This document shows positions 1 to 8,260 of a stretch of 35,092 nucleotides of DNA, piece after piece. Under the pieces are notes generated by a model. It saw only the letters and a program-made list of their open reading frames with translations, was not told where the DNA came from and ran no database searches. This stretch comes from a virus (taxonomy: Duplodnaviria > Caudoviricetes): positions 1-35,092 of the IMG/VR virus record IMGVR_UViG_3300040985_001130, one strand, 5' to 3'. The first letter of the stretch is position 1, and each line of letters opens with the position of its first letter. Made by a program: the position numbers and the translations under genes.

Positions 1-2
1 AC

Positions 3-485
3 CATAAGAGTAACTCGAAAGCGAACCCAGACTCAATACAGTTCTCTGTATATGGTGCAATTGTACCTGAAGTACAGATACCTAGCTATAACCTACCATA
101 CGCTGGCCAGAATTTAAAGGTATCAACACATGCGCGCCCAGCATACAGTGACGTAACAGTTAAATTTACTGTTGACAACCAATTTAACAATTATTGGTAT
201 GTATGGAATTGGCTGAATATGTTAAATGATGAACGTACATCATACTACAATGTAGGTGACCCTACACTAACAGGTGGAACTTTACCTGATGAGTTGATGA
301 GAGATTACCAAACAGACTTTACAATGTACGGCTTAAATGAGTTTAATAAAAACACGGTACAGTTCACTTATACGAAGGCTTTTCCTGTAACTTTAGGTCA
401 AATCTCCTACGATCACCGTGACCCAGGTGAGATGGAATGTCAATTTACATTTTCATTTTCTCAAATGCTCGTAAATCTTCTTTAA
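3..485 (+). CDS. T4 gp3-like tail tube terminator / sheath stabilizer, 5'-truncated by the window edge
   Basis: The frame of track ORF 219..485 is open back to base 3 (HKSNSKANPDSIQFSVYGAIVPEVQIP...DVTVKFTVDNQFNNYWYVWNWLNML...). Motifs FTVDNQFNNYWYVWNWL and AFPVTLGQISYD...CQFTFSF resemble gp3 / tube-fold proteins. It lies directly upstream of the sheath gene. Confidence 0.7.
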   Translation, partial: HKSNSKANPDSIQFSVYGAIVPEVQIPSYNLPYAGQNLKVSTHARPAYSDVTVKFTVDNQFNNYWYVWNWLNMLNDERTSYYNVGDPTLTGGTLPDELMRDYQTDFTMYGLNEFNKNTVQFTYTKAFPVTLGQISYDHRDPGEMECQFTFSFSQMLVNLL

Positions 486-511
486 CCAGAAGGAAAATAC
501 ATTCAAAAAAG

Positions 512-519
512 CATAAATA
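512..519 (+). promoter_or_regulatory. T4-late-type promoter CATAAATA
   Basis: TAAATA core ends 9 nt before sheath ATG 529; the same geometry recurs at 11 other gene starts. Confidence 0.7.
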
Positions 520-528
520 CTTCTAGAT

Positions 529-2949
529 ATGGCCCGTACAATACAATCACCCGGTGTAGAAGTTAATGAAATTGACTTGTCTTTACGACCTGTTATACCT
601 ACTGGTACATCAATTCTAATTCCAGGCTTTGCGCATCAAGGCCCGACAGATGAAGTATTCCAGATAACAAGTTTCTCTGAATTTCAAACAGTATATGGAG
701 CTCCCACGAACCCTGCAGAGCGGTACTTCCATCATACTGCAAAAGCAGTATTCAGTAGCGATGCTCGCGTACTTACGACTAGACTGCCATATGGCTCCGG
801 CGCTGGTCTTGGTTATGGTGATGTTTATTCTGCGTTATTCTATCCTGTATATGCTCACAATACTGGCGACGTAACTCTTAACTATGCAGCCTCTGGTGGT
901 TCAACACCTGGTACCGGTAACGGTGGATCTATAGGTGGAGGGGTTTCACTGTCAGCTGCTACTGGTGGTTACATTTTTGGTAAGCCTCAACTGTTAGAGT
1001 TGAGCAAGGAAGAATACACCGACCTTCAAAAAGGTGACTTTACATGGCAAAACTGGATATTATCTACAAAGGATTTTAGTGCTGGTAAGGCTCACTGGGG
1101 ACACGCTGGTATGATTGTTACCAATAAGTCCAAGTCTACTACTAATGACAAGTATGAAGGCTACTATGTTGCGTTCGCTGATAACTCACAGCATAACCCT
1201 GCAACAGATTTTGATAGTATTATTAGCCATGTAAGTGTTAGTGAGAATAGCAAAGACCTTACACTAGTAGTTGGAACTGATAGAAGAAACTTTGAACTAT
1301 CAGGTACATCTCTTAGCAATGATAATAGCCTTTCTGAGAAATTAGAAAACCTCGCACCGTTTGATATATCAACCACCGAGTTCAACGATACGTTGACGAT
1401 GGGAGTATTCAAACTACGTACATCTGTATTTTCAACCGATGCTATTAAGTTAGACTTCGTACTTAGCGAGTCGTACTTAGGCTCGTTTGACAGTTATCGG
1501 TTGTTACAAAATGCTAACGGTGGTACGCCTCAGTCGTTCTACTTAGGTAACCTGGAAGATGCATCACCTAACGTTGAGGTAATAGTTAACCCGTACATTT
1601 CAGTTAAGCCTGGTACATGGCTCCCAGCTGGTTCGAACATTCCATCCAAGTCTGTTAGAATGCTAACCGAAAGATCCAAAAGAGATGCAGTAAGCAACTC
1701 CTTGTCTGGAAACTTTGGAGTATACACACCTGTTCTGGAACATTTGGACGGCTTAACTTCCCCGGGAGTATCAAATACAACGACATTTAACCCGGCTGAC
1801 ACTCTTGTACCACTTGGTACGTTCCAAAAATCTGATCCTTCAACGAAGGTAATCGGATCTGTACCTAGTAAGTTGAGTCGAGTATTTAGAAGCATTGAGA
1901 ACTTGGAACTAGTTGACATCGACGTATCGGTTGAAGCTGGACTAGGTACAATCTATGCTGGTTCAGAGGATCAACAATCTAATGGTGACGGTACTGAAAC
2001 GTTTGACGATGAAAGAGTCGTTGATATCGGTACTGTAAGCAGCGACGGTACGACAAACTCTGGATTGTATCAGTTACGTGAAGGTGTTGATTCAACACAC
2101 AACGCATACAACATTCAACAGAACTATCGTGCTGTATGGAATGAGTTTACTAACTTTGCTGAGTATAAGAGAAAAGATCATATCTTTATCGCAGATGCTC
2201 CTCGGTATATTTTCGTACAAGGTAGGAACGGTAAGGTCTTAAATGATAAGACTCGTACATTCTCACAATTCGTATACTGGCCTCTAAGACACGTCTACGG
2301 ATTTGCTAATACTAGCTTCTCCTCAACATACGGTAACTGGGCTAGGGTATATGACGGCACGACTGATCGTCAAATCTGGGCACCGTTCTCAGGAACAGCG
2401 GCTGCCACGTACGCTAACAATGATACAGTATACGCTCCGTGGTGGGCCCCGGCTGGATTCACTCGTGGTAGGTTTGTTGGTGTAAATGACCTTGCGGTCC
2501 TACCGACACAGAAGCACAGAGACCAATTATACAAAATTAGCATTAACCCAGTACATCAATTCCCGAATGAAGGTATGGTAATCTGGGGACAGAAGACGAT
2601 GTTCAAGAAACCGAGCGCATTTGATAGAGTCAATGTACGTAGGTTGTTCTTGTACCTCGAGAAGCTTGTTAGAAAGAGCATGAAGTTTTACGTGTTCGAA
2701 CCTAACACACTATTAACCAGAACTCAGGTTGTAAACAACTTAACACCCCCGTTCGAGTATGTTAAAAACACAGAAGGTATGTATGACTTCTTAATCATAT
2801 GTGATGAAAGAAATAATACACCTGATAGAATTGATCAGAACGAATTGATCGTTGACATCTACATCAAACCGGTACGCGCTGCTGAGTTTATCTTAGTAAA
2901 CTTCTACGCAACAAGAACTGGGCAAGACTTCAGCGAATTAACGTACTAA
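529..2949 (+). CDS. gp18: contractile tail sheath protein (T4 gp18 family), 806 aa
   Basis: N-terminal SPGVEVNEIDLS and GFAHQGP...F..YG.P; C-terminal PWWAPAGFTRG, INPV, WGQKT, FDRVNVRRLFLYLEK, CDERNNTP, IYIKPVRAAEFI. Confidence 0.97.
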   Translation: MARTIQSPGVEVNEIDLSLRPVIPTGTSILIPGFAHQGPTDEVFQITSFSEFQTVYGAPTNPAERYFHHTAKAVFSSDARVLTTRLPYGSGAGLGYGDVYSALFYPVYAHNTGDVTLNYAASGGSTPGTGNGGSIGGGVSLSAATGGYIFGKPQLLELSKEEYTDLQKGDFTWQNWILSTKDFSAGKAHWGHAGMIVTNKSKSTTNDKYEGYYVAFADNSQHNPATDFDSIISHVSVSENSKDLTLVVGTDRRNFELSGTSLSNDNSLSEKLENLAPFDISTTEFNDTLTMGVFKLRTSVFSTDAIKLDFVLSESYLGSFDSYRLLQNANGGTPQSFYLGNLEDASPNVEVIVNPYISVKPGTWLPAGSNIPSKSVRMLTERSKRDAVSNSLSGNFGVYTPVLEHLDGLTSPGVSNTTTFNPADTLVPLGTFQKSDPSTKVIGSVPSKLSRVFRSIENLELVDIDVSVEAGLGTIYAGSEDQQSNGDGTETFDDERVVDIGTVSSDGTTNSGLYQLREGVDSTHNAYNIQQNYRAVWNEFTNFAEYKRKDHIFIADAPRYIFVQGRNGKVLNDKTRTFSQFVYWPLRHVYGFANTSFSSTYGNWARVYDGTTDRQIWAPFSGTAAATYANNDTVYAPWWAPAGFTRGRFVGVNDLAVLPTQKHRDQLYKISINPVHQFPNEGMVIWGQKTMFKKPSAFDRVNVRRLFLYLEKLVRKSMKFYVFEPNTLLTRTQVVNNLTPPFEYVKNTEGMYDFLIICDERNNTPDRIDQNELIVDIYIKPVRAAEFILVNFYATRTGQDFSELTY

Positions 2950-2951
2950 TG

Positions 2952-2959
2952 AATAAATA
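2952..2959 (+). promoter_or_regulatory. T4-late-type promoter AATAAATA
   Basis: Ends 9 nt before tube ATG 2969. Confidence 0.65.
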
Positions 2960-2968
2960 ATTTTAGCT

Positions 2969-3508
2969 ATGCCAGATCTTAAACAAGGAATACAAGACTT
3001 CTTTAGAGTAGCGCAAGAGCGCGACTTTACACGAAACCATCATTTCAGGGTAATTGACATCACTGATCGAGGTGCGTCGGTTGTGACGCAAGACGACCTT
3101 GTATATTGCGAAGCCGCTACCTTACCGTCGCGCGCAGTCAGTAACATCCCGGTACCATATATGGGCCTTAACTTTAATGTGCCCGGTACAGCGACTTACC
3201 CTGGATCTGAAGGATACACACTTACCTTCCGTGCTGATGGTGACCATATCATCAGAACAATCTTCGAAGACTGGTCTCTTAATACCTTTGATGATCAAAG
3301 TAGCTCCGGTGAATATAGATTATTTAGAAATTCACAAATTACGTTAGGCATGCTCAACCAAGCAGGTGAAGTCACAAGACAATATCAGCTAGTTGGTGTA
3401 TGGCCAGTAACAGTTGGTGAATTGAGCTTTGACATGAAAGGTAACGGTGATCCGATTTCCTTCACAGCTACTCTAGCTTACCAATACTGGACTCGCAACT
3501 TATTCTAG
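2969..3508 (+). CDS. gp19: tail tube protein (T4 gp19 family)
   Basis: Follows the sheath gene; 179 aa; CEAATLPSR...IPVPYMG...PG...YTLTFR...IRTIFEDW...WPVTVGELSFD...FTATLAYQYW. Confidence 0.92.
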   Translation: MPDLKQGIQDFFRVAQERDFTRNHHFRVIDITDRGASVVTQDDLVYCEAATLPSRAVSNIPVPYMGLNFNVPGTATYPGSEGYTLTFRADGDHIIRTIFEDWSLNTFDDQSSSGEYRLFRNSQITLGMLNQAGEVTRQYQLVGVWPVTVGELSFDMKGNGDPISFTATLAYQYWTRNLF

Positions 3509-3561
3509 AATACAGGATAACATTGTATTCTAGTTATCCTGCAACTCACCTTGCAGGATAA
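3505..3561. repeat. two adjacent perfect inverted repeats (10-bp and 11-bp stems) filling the tube / gp54-like intergenic gap
   Basis: CTAGAATACA (3505-3514) pairs with TGTATTCTAG (3524-3533); TTATCCTGCAA (3534-3544) pairs with TTGCAGGATAA (3551-3561). Confidence 0.85.
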
Positions 3562-3564
3562 ATA
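3557..3564 (+). promoter_or_regulatory. T4-late-type promoter GATAAATA
   Basis: Ends 6 nt before ATG 3571 and overlaps the 3' arm of the second hairpin. Confidence 0.65.
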
Positions 3565-3570
3565 CTTTAT

Positions 3571-4668
3571 ATGGCTGACGAGTACATACCCGGAGTAAGT
3601 GACGCCCCCGAGCAGAGAGAATATAGCTACGGTGGTGACGGCTCATTGATAGATGATCCCGTAAATACCCCTGGTACTGAGTCGAATAAAAAGGAAAAGT
3701 CCGCCAGAACAACCAGCGTAGGTCTAGAGCAACTATTCCCTGAAACTGACGCCTTTAAGTATATTGCTACTAATATTGGTGAAACGTTTGAAAAGCCTCT
3801 TATGCCTCGCGATTCATTTCTCAACTTGCTGTCACGATGGGAAACTGGCATACCGTTATCAAATCTATGGGCTGTTATATTTAAAATACCAAACAAAGTC
3901 ACTACATCGACGATGCATAAATGGGGAGAGTATGTTGGTGCTGATCCTGGATCAGAATATACAGGAGAAGGTGGCGGCCCAAATTTAGCGAGAAAATACT
4001 TAGGATTTGGTGAAAATGGATTTACAGATAAATTTGGACACGGTGCATTGGGTTGTATGCTAGCACAAACTATCGGCTTACCTGTCGAGCAATCAGCTAT
4101 TAGTACAGTTGGTCCCAGCAATAGAGGCTTTCTAAAAGGCCCTATAATGGAACAACGACAGACATTTGCACCAATCAATATTGAGTTTCTCGAGACAAAC
4201 GTTTCATTTTTAGAGTTCATATTAAGACCATGGGCAATTATGTGCCAACACGAAGGCCTCGTCGCTCGCAACTGGGGATCTGAACCTGGATTAGTAGATC
4301 CCAACGAAAGAGTTACTACAGATATGACTGTTATTAATTATGGAAAGACCGGTTCATCATCTGTGAAAGGTGGCGGTGGGTATAAATCCACGACAGGTCT
4401 TATACCACGAAAGATATGGGTATTTACAGATTGCTTTCCGGTAAATATCGGGCGTGAGAGGTACGCAAATGAGGGAGTATCCTCTCCTGACAGGAGAGAC
4501 ACTGAATGGAGCTTCAGAAAATACCAAGCAATCTTACCTGAGCAGTATATAAATGTCATGAAAGAACATGACCCGGAAGTCAAAGCAGAAAAATTCTGGA
4601 CACAGCATAAAAAAGATTTCAAATCTAGTCGTAAAGCTAGCGGTGGATTTTTCGGTCTATTCGGCTAA
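3571..4668 (+). CDS. tube-fold baseplate protein, probable gp54-like tail tube initiator
   Basis: Tube-fold motifs CMLAQTIGLP, APINIEFLET...FILRPW, WVFTDCFPVNIG, EWSFRKY, with extended N- and C-termini; directly after the tube gene. Confidence 0.65.
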   Translation: MADEYIPGVSDAPEQREYSYGGDGSLIDDPVNTPGTESNKKEKSARTTSVGLEQLFPETDAFKYIATNIGETFEKPLMPRDSFLNLLSRWETGIPLSNLWAVIFKIPNKVTTSTMHKWGEYVGADPGSEYTGEGGGPNLARKYLGFGENGFTDKFGHGALGCMLAQTIGLPVEQSAISTVGPSNRGFLKGPIMEQRQTFAPINIEFLETNVSFLEFILRPWAIMCQHEGLVARNWGSEPGLVDPNERVTTDMTVINYGKTGSSSVKGGGGYKSTTGLIPRKIWVFTDCFPVNIGRERYANEGVSSPDRRDTEWSFRKYQAILPEQYINVMKEHDPEVKAEKFWTQHKKDFKSSRKASGGFFGLFG

Positions 4669-4683
4669 GATACTTCATAGTTA

Positions 4684-5586
4684 ATGCATTTCTTTTACCC
4701 TATTCACATACCTAGCTTAGACTCTGTCTACCACTTTAAAGAGTTTACATGTGAACACTATAAAGCATTCCTGAAAGTTATACTCAACAACAATGATGAC
4801 GTATATGAGATGTTTATTGACGAGTTAATCACTGAACTTTGTCGTGATAAGCTCAATGTAAGTAGATTAACAGGTTTTGATAAATTTATAATCATGCTCG
4901 AAATACGAGCTACAAACATTTCATCTGTTATTGAGTTCAACATGTCAACAACCGACAAAGAAATTAAAAAGTACACGGTGGATATAAATGAGTGTCTAAG
5001 TGTAGCGCGATCTTACGACATTAAACATAGATTTGATATCTCAGTAGACGATAAATTAAGAGTTAGAGGCACATTACCGAGAAAGCTAATCATGAAAGAC
5101 TGGTTTGACGTAGGATTACACAGCATATCAGAGTTAACATTTAACAACAAGACGATATCCTTACAATCGTTAAACAAAGCACAAAAAATCGATACCATAA
5201 GCCAACTACCTTCCTCGATACTGCCTAAAATTTTAGACTATATTAACGAGCAAGTCAAAGCTATGAAGAAAGACTACATAGTAGAGATTCCAGCTGAGGA
5301 TGGTGATGATACAGAGCTACAAGAAGTATATATCTCACCTGTTGACGGTACGCTCCCCTCGTTAATCAGACTCTTATATAATTATAACTTGAAGGATGTA
5401 TATACCGGTCAATTAACATTGATGAGTGAATATAAGATACCTGATACTTTTATCAACAATTCGACCCCGGCTGAACTTACGTTATATTATGCGCTAATAC
5501 AACAAGAGGCTGAAAGAAGACAGTCAGACCAAGACAATAAACCAGAATCACCGTCCATGCCTACACCCCCGCAAGGGATAGAATAG
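4684..5586 (+). CDS. gp26-like baseplate hub / tail assembly chaperone with C-terminal gp51-like segment
   Basis: N-terminus YPIHIPSL...FKEFT...LTGFDKFIIMLEIRATNISSVIEF fits the gp26 pattern. C-terminus NLKDVYTGQLTLMSEYKIPDTFINNSTPAELTLYYALIQQE fits the gp51 pattern. Confidence 0.65.
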   Translation: MHFFYPIHIPSLDSVYHFKEFTCEHYKAFLKVILNNNDDVYEMFIDELITELCRDKLNVSRLTGFDKFIIMLEIRATNISSVIEFNMSTTDKEIKKYTVDINECLSVARSYDIKHRFDISVDDKLRVRGTLPRKLIMKDWFDVGLHSISELTFNNKTISLQSLNKAQKIDTISQLPSSILPKILDYINEQVKAMKKDYIVEIPAEDGDDTELQEVYISPVDGTLPSLIRLLYNYNLKDVYTGQLTLMSEYKIPDTFINNSTPAELTLYYALIQQEAERRQSDQDNKPESPSMPTPPQGIE

Positions 5587-5608
5587 GTTGCAAAGGTACA
5601 TACAACAT

Positions 5609-5616
5609 ACTAAATA
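5609..5616 (+). promoter_or_regulatory. T4-late-type promoter ACTAAATA
   Basis: Ends 6 nt before ATG 5623. Confidence 0.65.
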
Positions 5617-5622
5617 CCGATA

Positions 5623-6477
5623 ATGAGTAAGCAAGCAGATTATAGCAATGTTCTCAGTGAGATTAAAGAGTTCTACCAGGAAAACGCAATTGAAGCTGTC
5701 TGCCCTACTCTAAAATCACCATTACGATTTAAGCCTTTAAACGTTAGACAATTAAAATCATTCATGGCACTCCAAGTTAACTTTGAAGGTGATGAACTGG
5801 GCGTGACACAAGGTTTAAACGTGGTTAAGGAGTTGTGTAACGTACTAAAAGAGAACTGCTTAGACACAGATATAGACACGTTAAACACACTTACAGTGCT
5901 AGACCGCGACGTTCTAATTCTACAATTAAGAGCCCATACAAACCCTATTGCCGAAGTTCAGCAAGGTGAAGGTGGCGTGGTTGAGGTCAACTTACCGGAT
6001 GTAATTGCACAAATTAAGAAATCCATACAAGCCCCGGTACCTAGTACAGCAACTAAGACGCTAGAGTATAACAATAGTAAGATGATTTTAAATTTAGAAG
6101 CTCCTACCTTGTATAAAGATAATCTCATAAACGATTATTTTGCATCTAACGTTAAATCGATAGTTAAGACCAAGGCTGACTTCGAAAAACATTCAGGTGA
6201 CATATTTACGCAAGTTTATTTCATTGAACTGTTCAAGTACATTTCCAGTATTGAGTTTGATAAGGGAGGTAACCGTACTAAGGTAGATTTCGGAAGCAAG
6301 AAGGTCTTTGCTCAAAATATTGAGCTATTAGAAAGTTTACCAACCCAGATAATCACTGAGATAACGGCATTCGTTACGGATCTTAAGGCTTATCGTGATA
6401 CACTATTGTGTTATGTTGATAATAACGGTAAAACGGTCCCGCTAGACATCGATGCAAACATCTTCATTGGGATATAG
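5623..6477 (+). CDS. second gp26-like baseplate hub / chaperone paralog
   Basis: CPTLKSPLRFKPLNVRQLK...LKENC...LTVLDRDVLILQLRA and C-terminal ELLESLPTQIITEI are gp26-like; no gp51-like tail. Confidence 0.6.
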   Translation: MSKQADYSNVLSEIKEFYQENAIEAVCPTLKSPLRFKPLNVRQLKSFMALQVNFEGDELGVTQGLNVVKELCNVLKENCLDTDIDTLNTLTVLDRDVLILQLRAHTNPIAEVQQGEGGVVEVNLPDVIAQIKKSIQAPVPSTATKTLEYNNSKMILNLEAPTLYKDNLINDYFASNVKSIVKTKADFEKHSGDIFTQVYFIELFKYISSIEFDKGGNRTKVDFGSKKVFAQNIELLESLPTQIITEITAFVTDLKAYRDTLLCYVDNNGKTVPLDIDANIFIGI

Positions 6478-6486
6478 GTATTTTAG

Positions 6487-6494
6487 CTTAAATA
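6487..6494 (+). promoter_or_regulatory. T4-late-type promoter CTTAAATA
   Basis: Ends 7 nt before ATG 6502. Confidence 0.6.
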
Positions 6495-6501
6495 TCTATG
6501 T

Positions 6502-8256
6502 ATGGCAGATGCCGCGACAATTAAAGCACTAGGAGGTCTCGAGCTCCAACTACGTAAACTAGTAGCTCTCGGAGAATCTAGTCATGTAGCAGCTCAAGCT
6601 GGTGACCCAGCTCAACGCGCACAGTTTGTCGGTACAGGTCCAGGGGGTAACACCGTTAATAACTCTGGTGAGCCACAAAGAAAGCAGTTCATGAAAGCTC
6701 AGCTTGTTGAGTTTTCTCCCACCGGTTTAAAGCAGCTCATGCAAGCAATGAATACCGGTATTGGTCAAGAAAAGCCAACATCTCATCTAGCACAAGCCCG
6801 TCGCTGGGGATGGATCAAGAAAGTCCTAGGGTGGGCAGGCTTGTTATCAACAATTTACTATATATGGCAGAATTGGGACAGCATAAAGGCATTTTTTGTT
6901 AATCTATGGCCTAATCTCAAAAAGGGCTGGGCCTATATGGATGATAAAGTTACTAAATTCTGGAAAAAATATTGGCCTAAGGTAAAAAAAGGTCTAAACG
7001 GGGCGTGGGTGATAGTTAGAGATCTCTGTATTAAGATATGGGACAAAACCGTAGTGCCATGGCTGGACGATTTCGGCAAACGCGCCGCCAAATGGGTAAA
7101 AGATACATACGAGAACATTATTAAGTGGGATGTCAACAAAGCATGGAAGAACCTAACAGACCAGGTCACGGAATGGTGGTCGTCAATATTGAAATGGTGG
7201 GACGATTCATCCGATGAATCATCATCTTGGTGGAGTGAGACATGGAAAGAGATAAAGAACGGTTGGAATGTAGTAGTTGATAAATTTAAAGAGTGGTGGG
7301 ACGGTAGCATACAGCCATGGGTAGATAAAGTCGGTACAGTAATAAACACTTACTGGGAAGCTACTAAAGAACTTGTATCTACGTGGGTATACGCAAAGGT
7401 ATGGTTAAATGTACTCAGAGGCTGGGAGTGGGTCAAAGGCATCGCTACCGGTCTCACGAGTGGTATACTTGATCAACTTAGTCTTTTGAAGAATTGGGCA
7501 TTTCAAAAGATTAAGACAATGTTATTACGCGCGTTCTTCGATGTAGTTGAATTAATTCACGATATGGGCTGGCAGCTGGTATCATCGACTAAGAAGGTTC
7601 TCTATGACGCGATAATGCGCATACCTGAAGGTATTACAGGCATGCTGGCTGAAGCTTTTGATGTTTTGCCGGACTGGCTGAAGCCGGACTTAGGCTTAGA
7701 AGAGACTAATAAGAAAATTAGGAAGATGAGACTCGCGGGGCTCGACCTCGAAGACGAACGACATGTCAAACGACTAGCCAAATCAGCTGAAGATTTTGAA
7801 AAGTTCATCGAAAAGGACGTGAAGAAGCTATCCGCGTTGGATGCGAAGATGGAGACACAATTTACGCTGGATCCGAAAACGTTAATTGAGCGAGACCAAC
7901 AAAAGCGTATGGACGCGTTTGACGAATTACATAAATCCGAAATCGAGAAGGGTGACAAAGTTTTAGAGAATTTTAGAAATCAGACGAAAGGTGCGACAGA
8001 CATTTTTCATAAAGCCGGTGATAACATGCTAACCGCCGCTCAAAAATTTCTCGAGAGCTCGGCTCTTATGGCAGAAAATAATCTACAGTCTAATACTGAA
8101 GCACAACAACAACAACTTGCAGTGATGATCGGGAACGCAGTCGCTTCAGCAATAGGACCTACAGGTAGTAGCCCTACTATCATGCCTATGCCTGGTAATA
8201 CTGGTGGGAGTAGCTATCAGAGCGGTACATCACAACTAAGACAATTAAACGCATAA
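6502..8256 (+). CDS. probable tape measure protein (584 aa)
   Basis: Helical composition with a hydrophobic segment (VLGWAGLLSTIYYIW), periodic Trp-rich amphipathic repeats, a charged coiled-coil and a low-complexity C-terminus. Lies between chaperone-like and baseplate genes. Confidence 0.7.
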   Translation: MADAATIKALGGLELQLRKLVALGESSHVAAQAGDPAQRAQFVGTGPGGNTVNNSGEPQRKQFMKAQLVEFSPTGLKQLMQAMNTGIGQEKPTSHLAQARRWGWIKKVLGWAGLLSTIYYIWQNWDSIKAFFVNLWPNLKKGWAYMDDKVTKFWKKYWPKVKKGLNGAWVIVRDLCIKIWDKTVVPWLDDFGKRAAKWVKDTYENIIKWDVNKAWKNLTDQVTEWWSSILKWWDDSSDESSSWWSETWKEIKNGWNVVVDKFKEWWDGSIQPWVDKVGTVINTYWEATKELVSTWVYAKVWLNVLRGWEWVKGIATGLTSGILDQLSLLKNWAFQKIKTMLLRAFFDVVELIHDMGWQLVSSTKKVLYDAIMRIPEGITGMLAEAFDVLPDWLKPDLGLEETNKKIRKMRLAGLDLEDERHVKRLAKSAEDFEKFIEKDVKKLSALDAKMETQFTLDPKTLIERDQQKRMDAFDELHKSEIEKGDKVLENFRNQTKGATDIFHKAGDNMLTAAQKFLESSALMAENNLQSNTEAQQQQLAVMIGNAVASAIGPTGSSPTIMPMPGNTGGSSYQSGTSQLRQLNA

Positions 8257-8260
8257 CAAT

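Noticed and set aside
3506-3571. Stop readthrough or frameshift fusing the tube to the next gene, prompted by TAG followed by RNA structure
   Set aside because: Readthrough meets TAA after three codons, and the downstream gene's frame has TAA at 3559.
6475-6502. TAG recoding fusing the gp26-like gene to the TMP (in frame, only TAG stops between them)
   Set aside because: No long gene contains an internal TAG, and the TMP has its own TAAATA promoter in the gap; probably chance.
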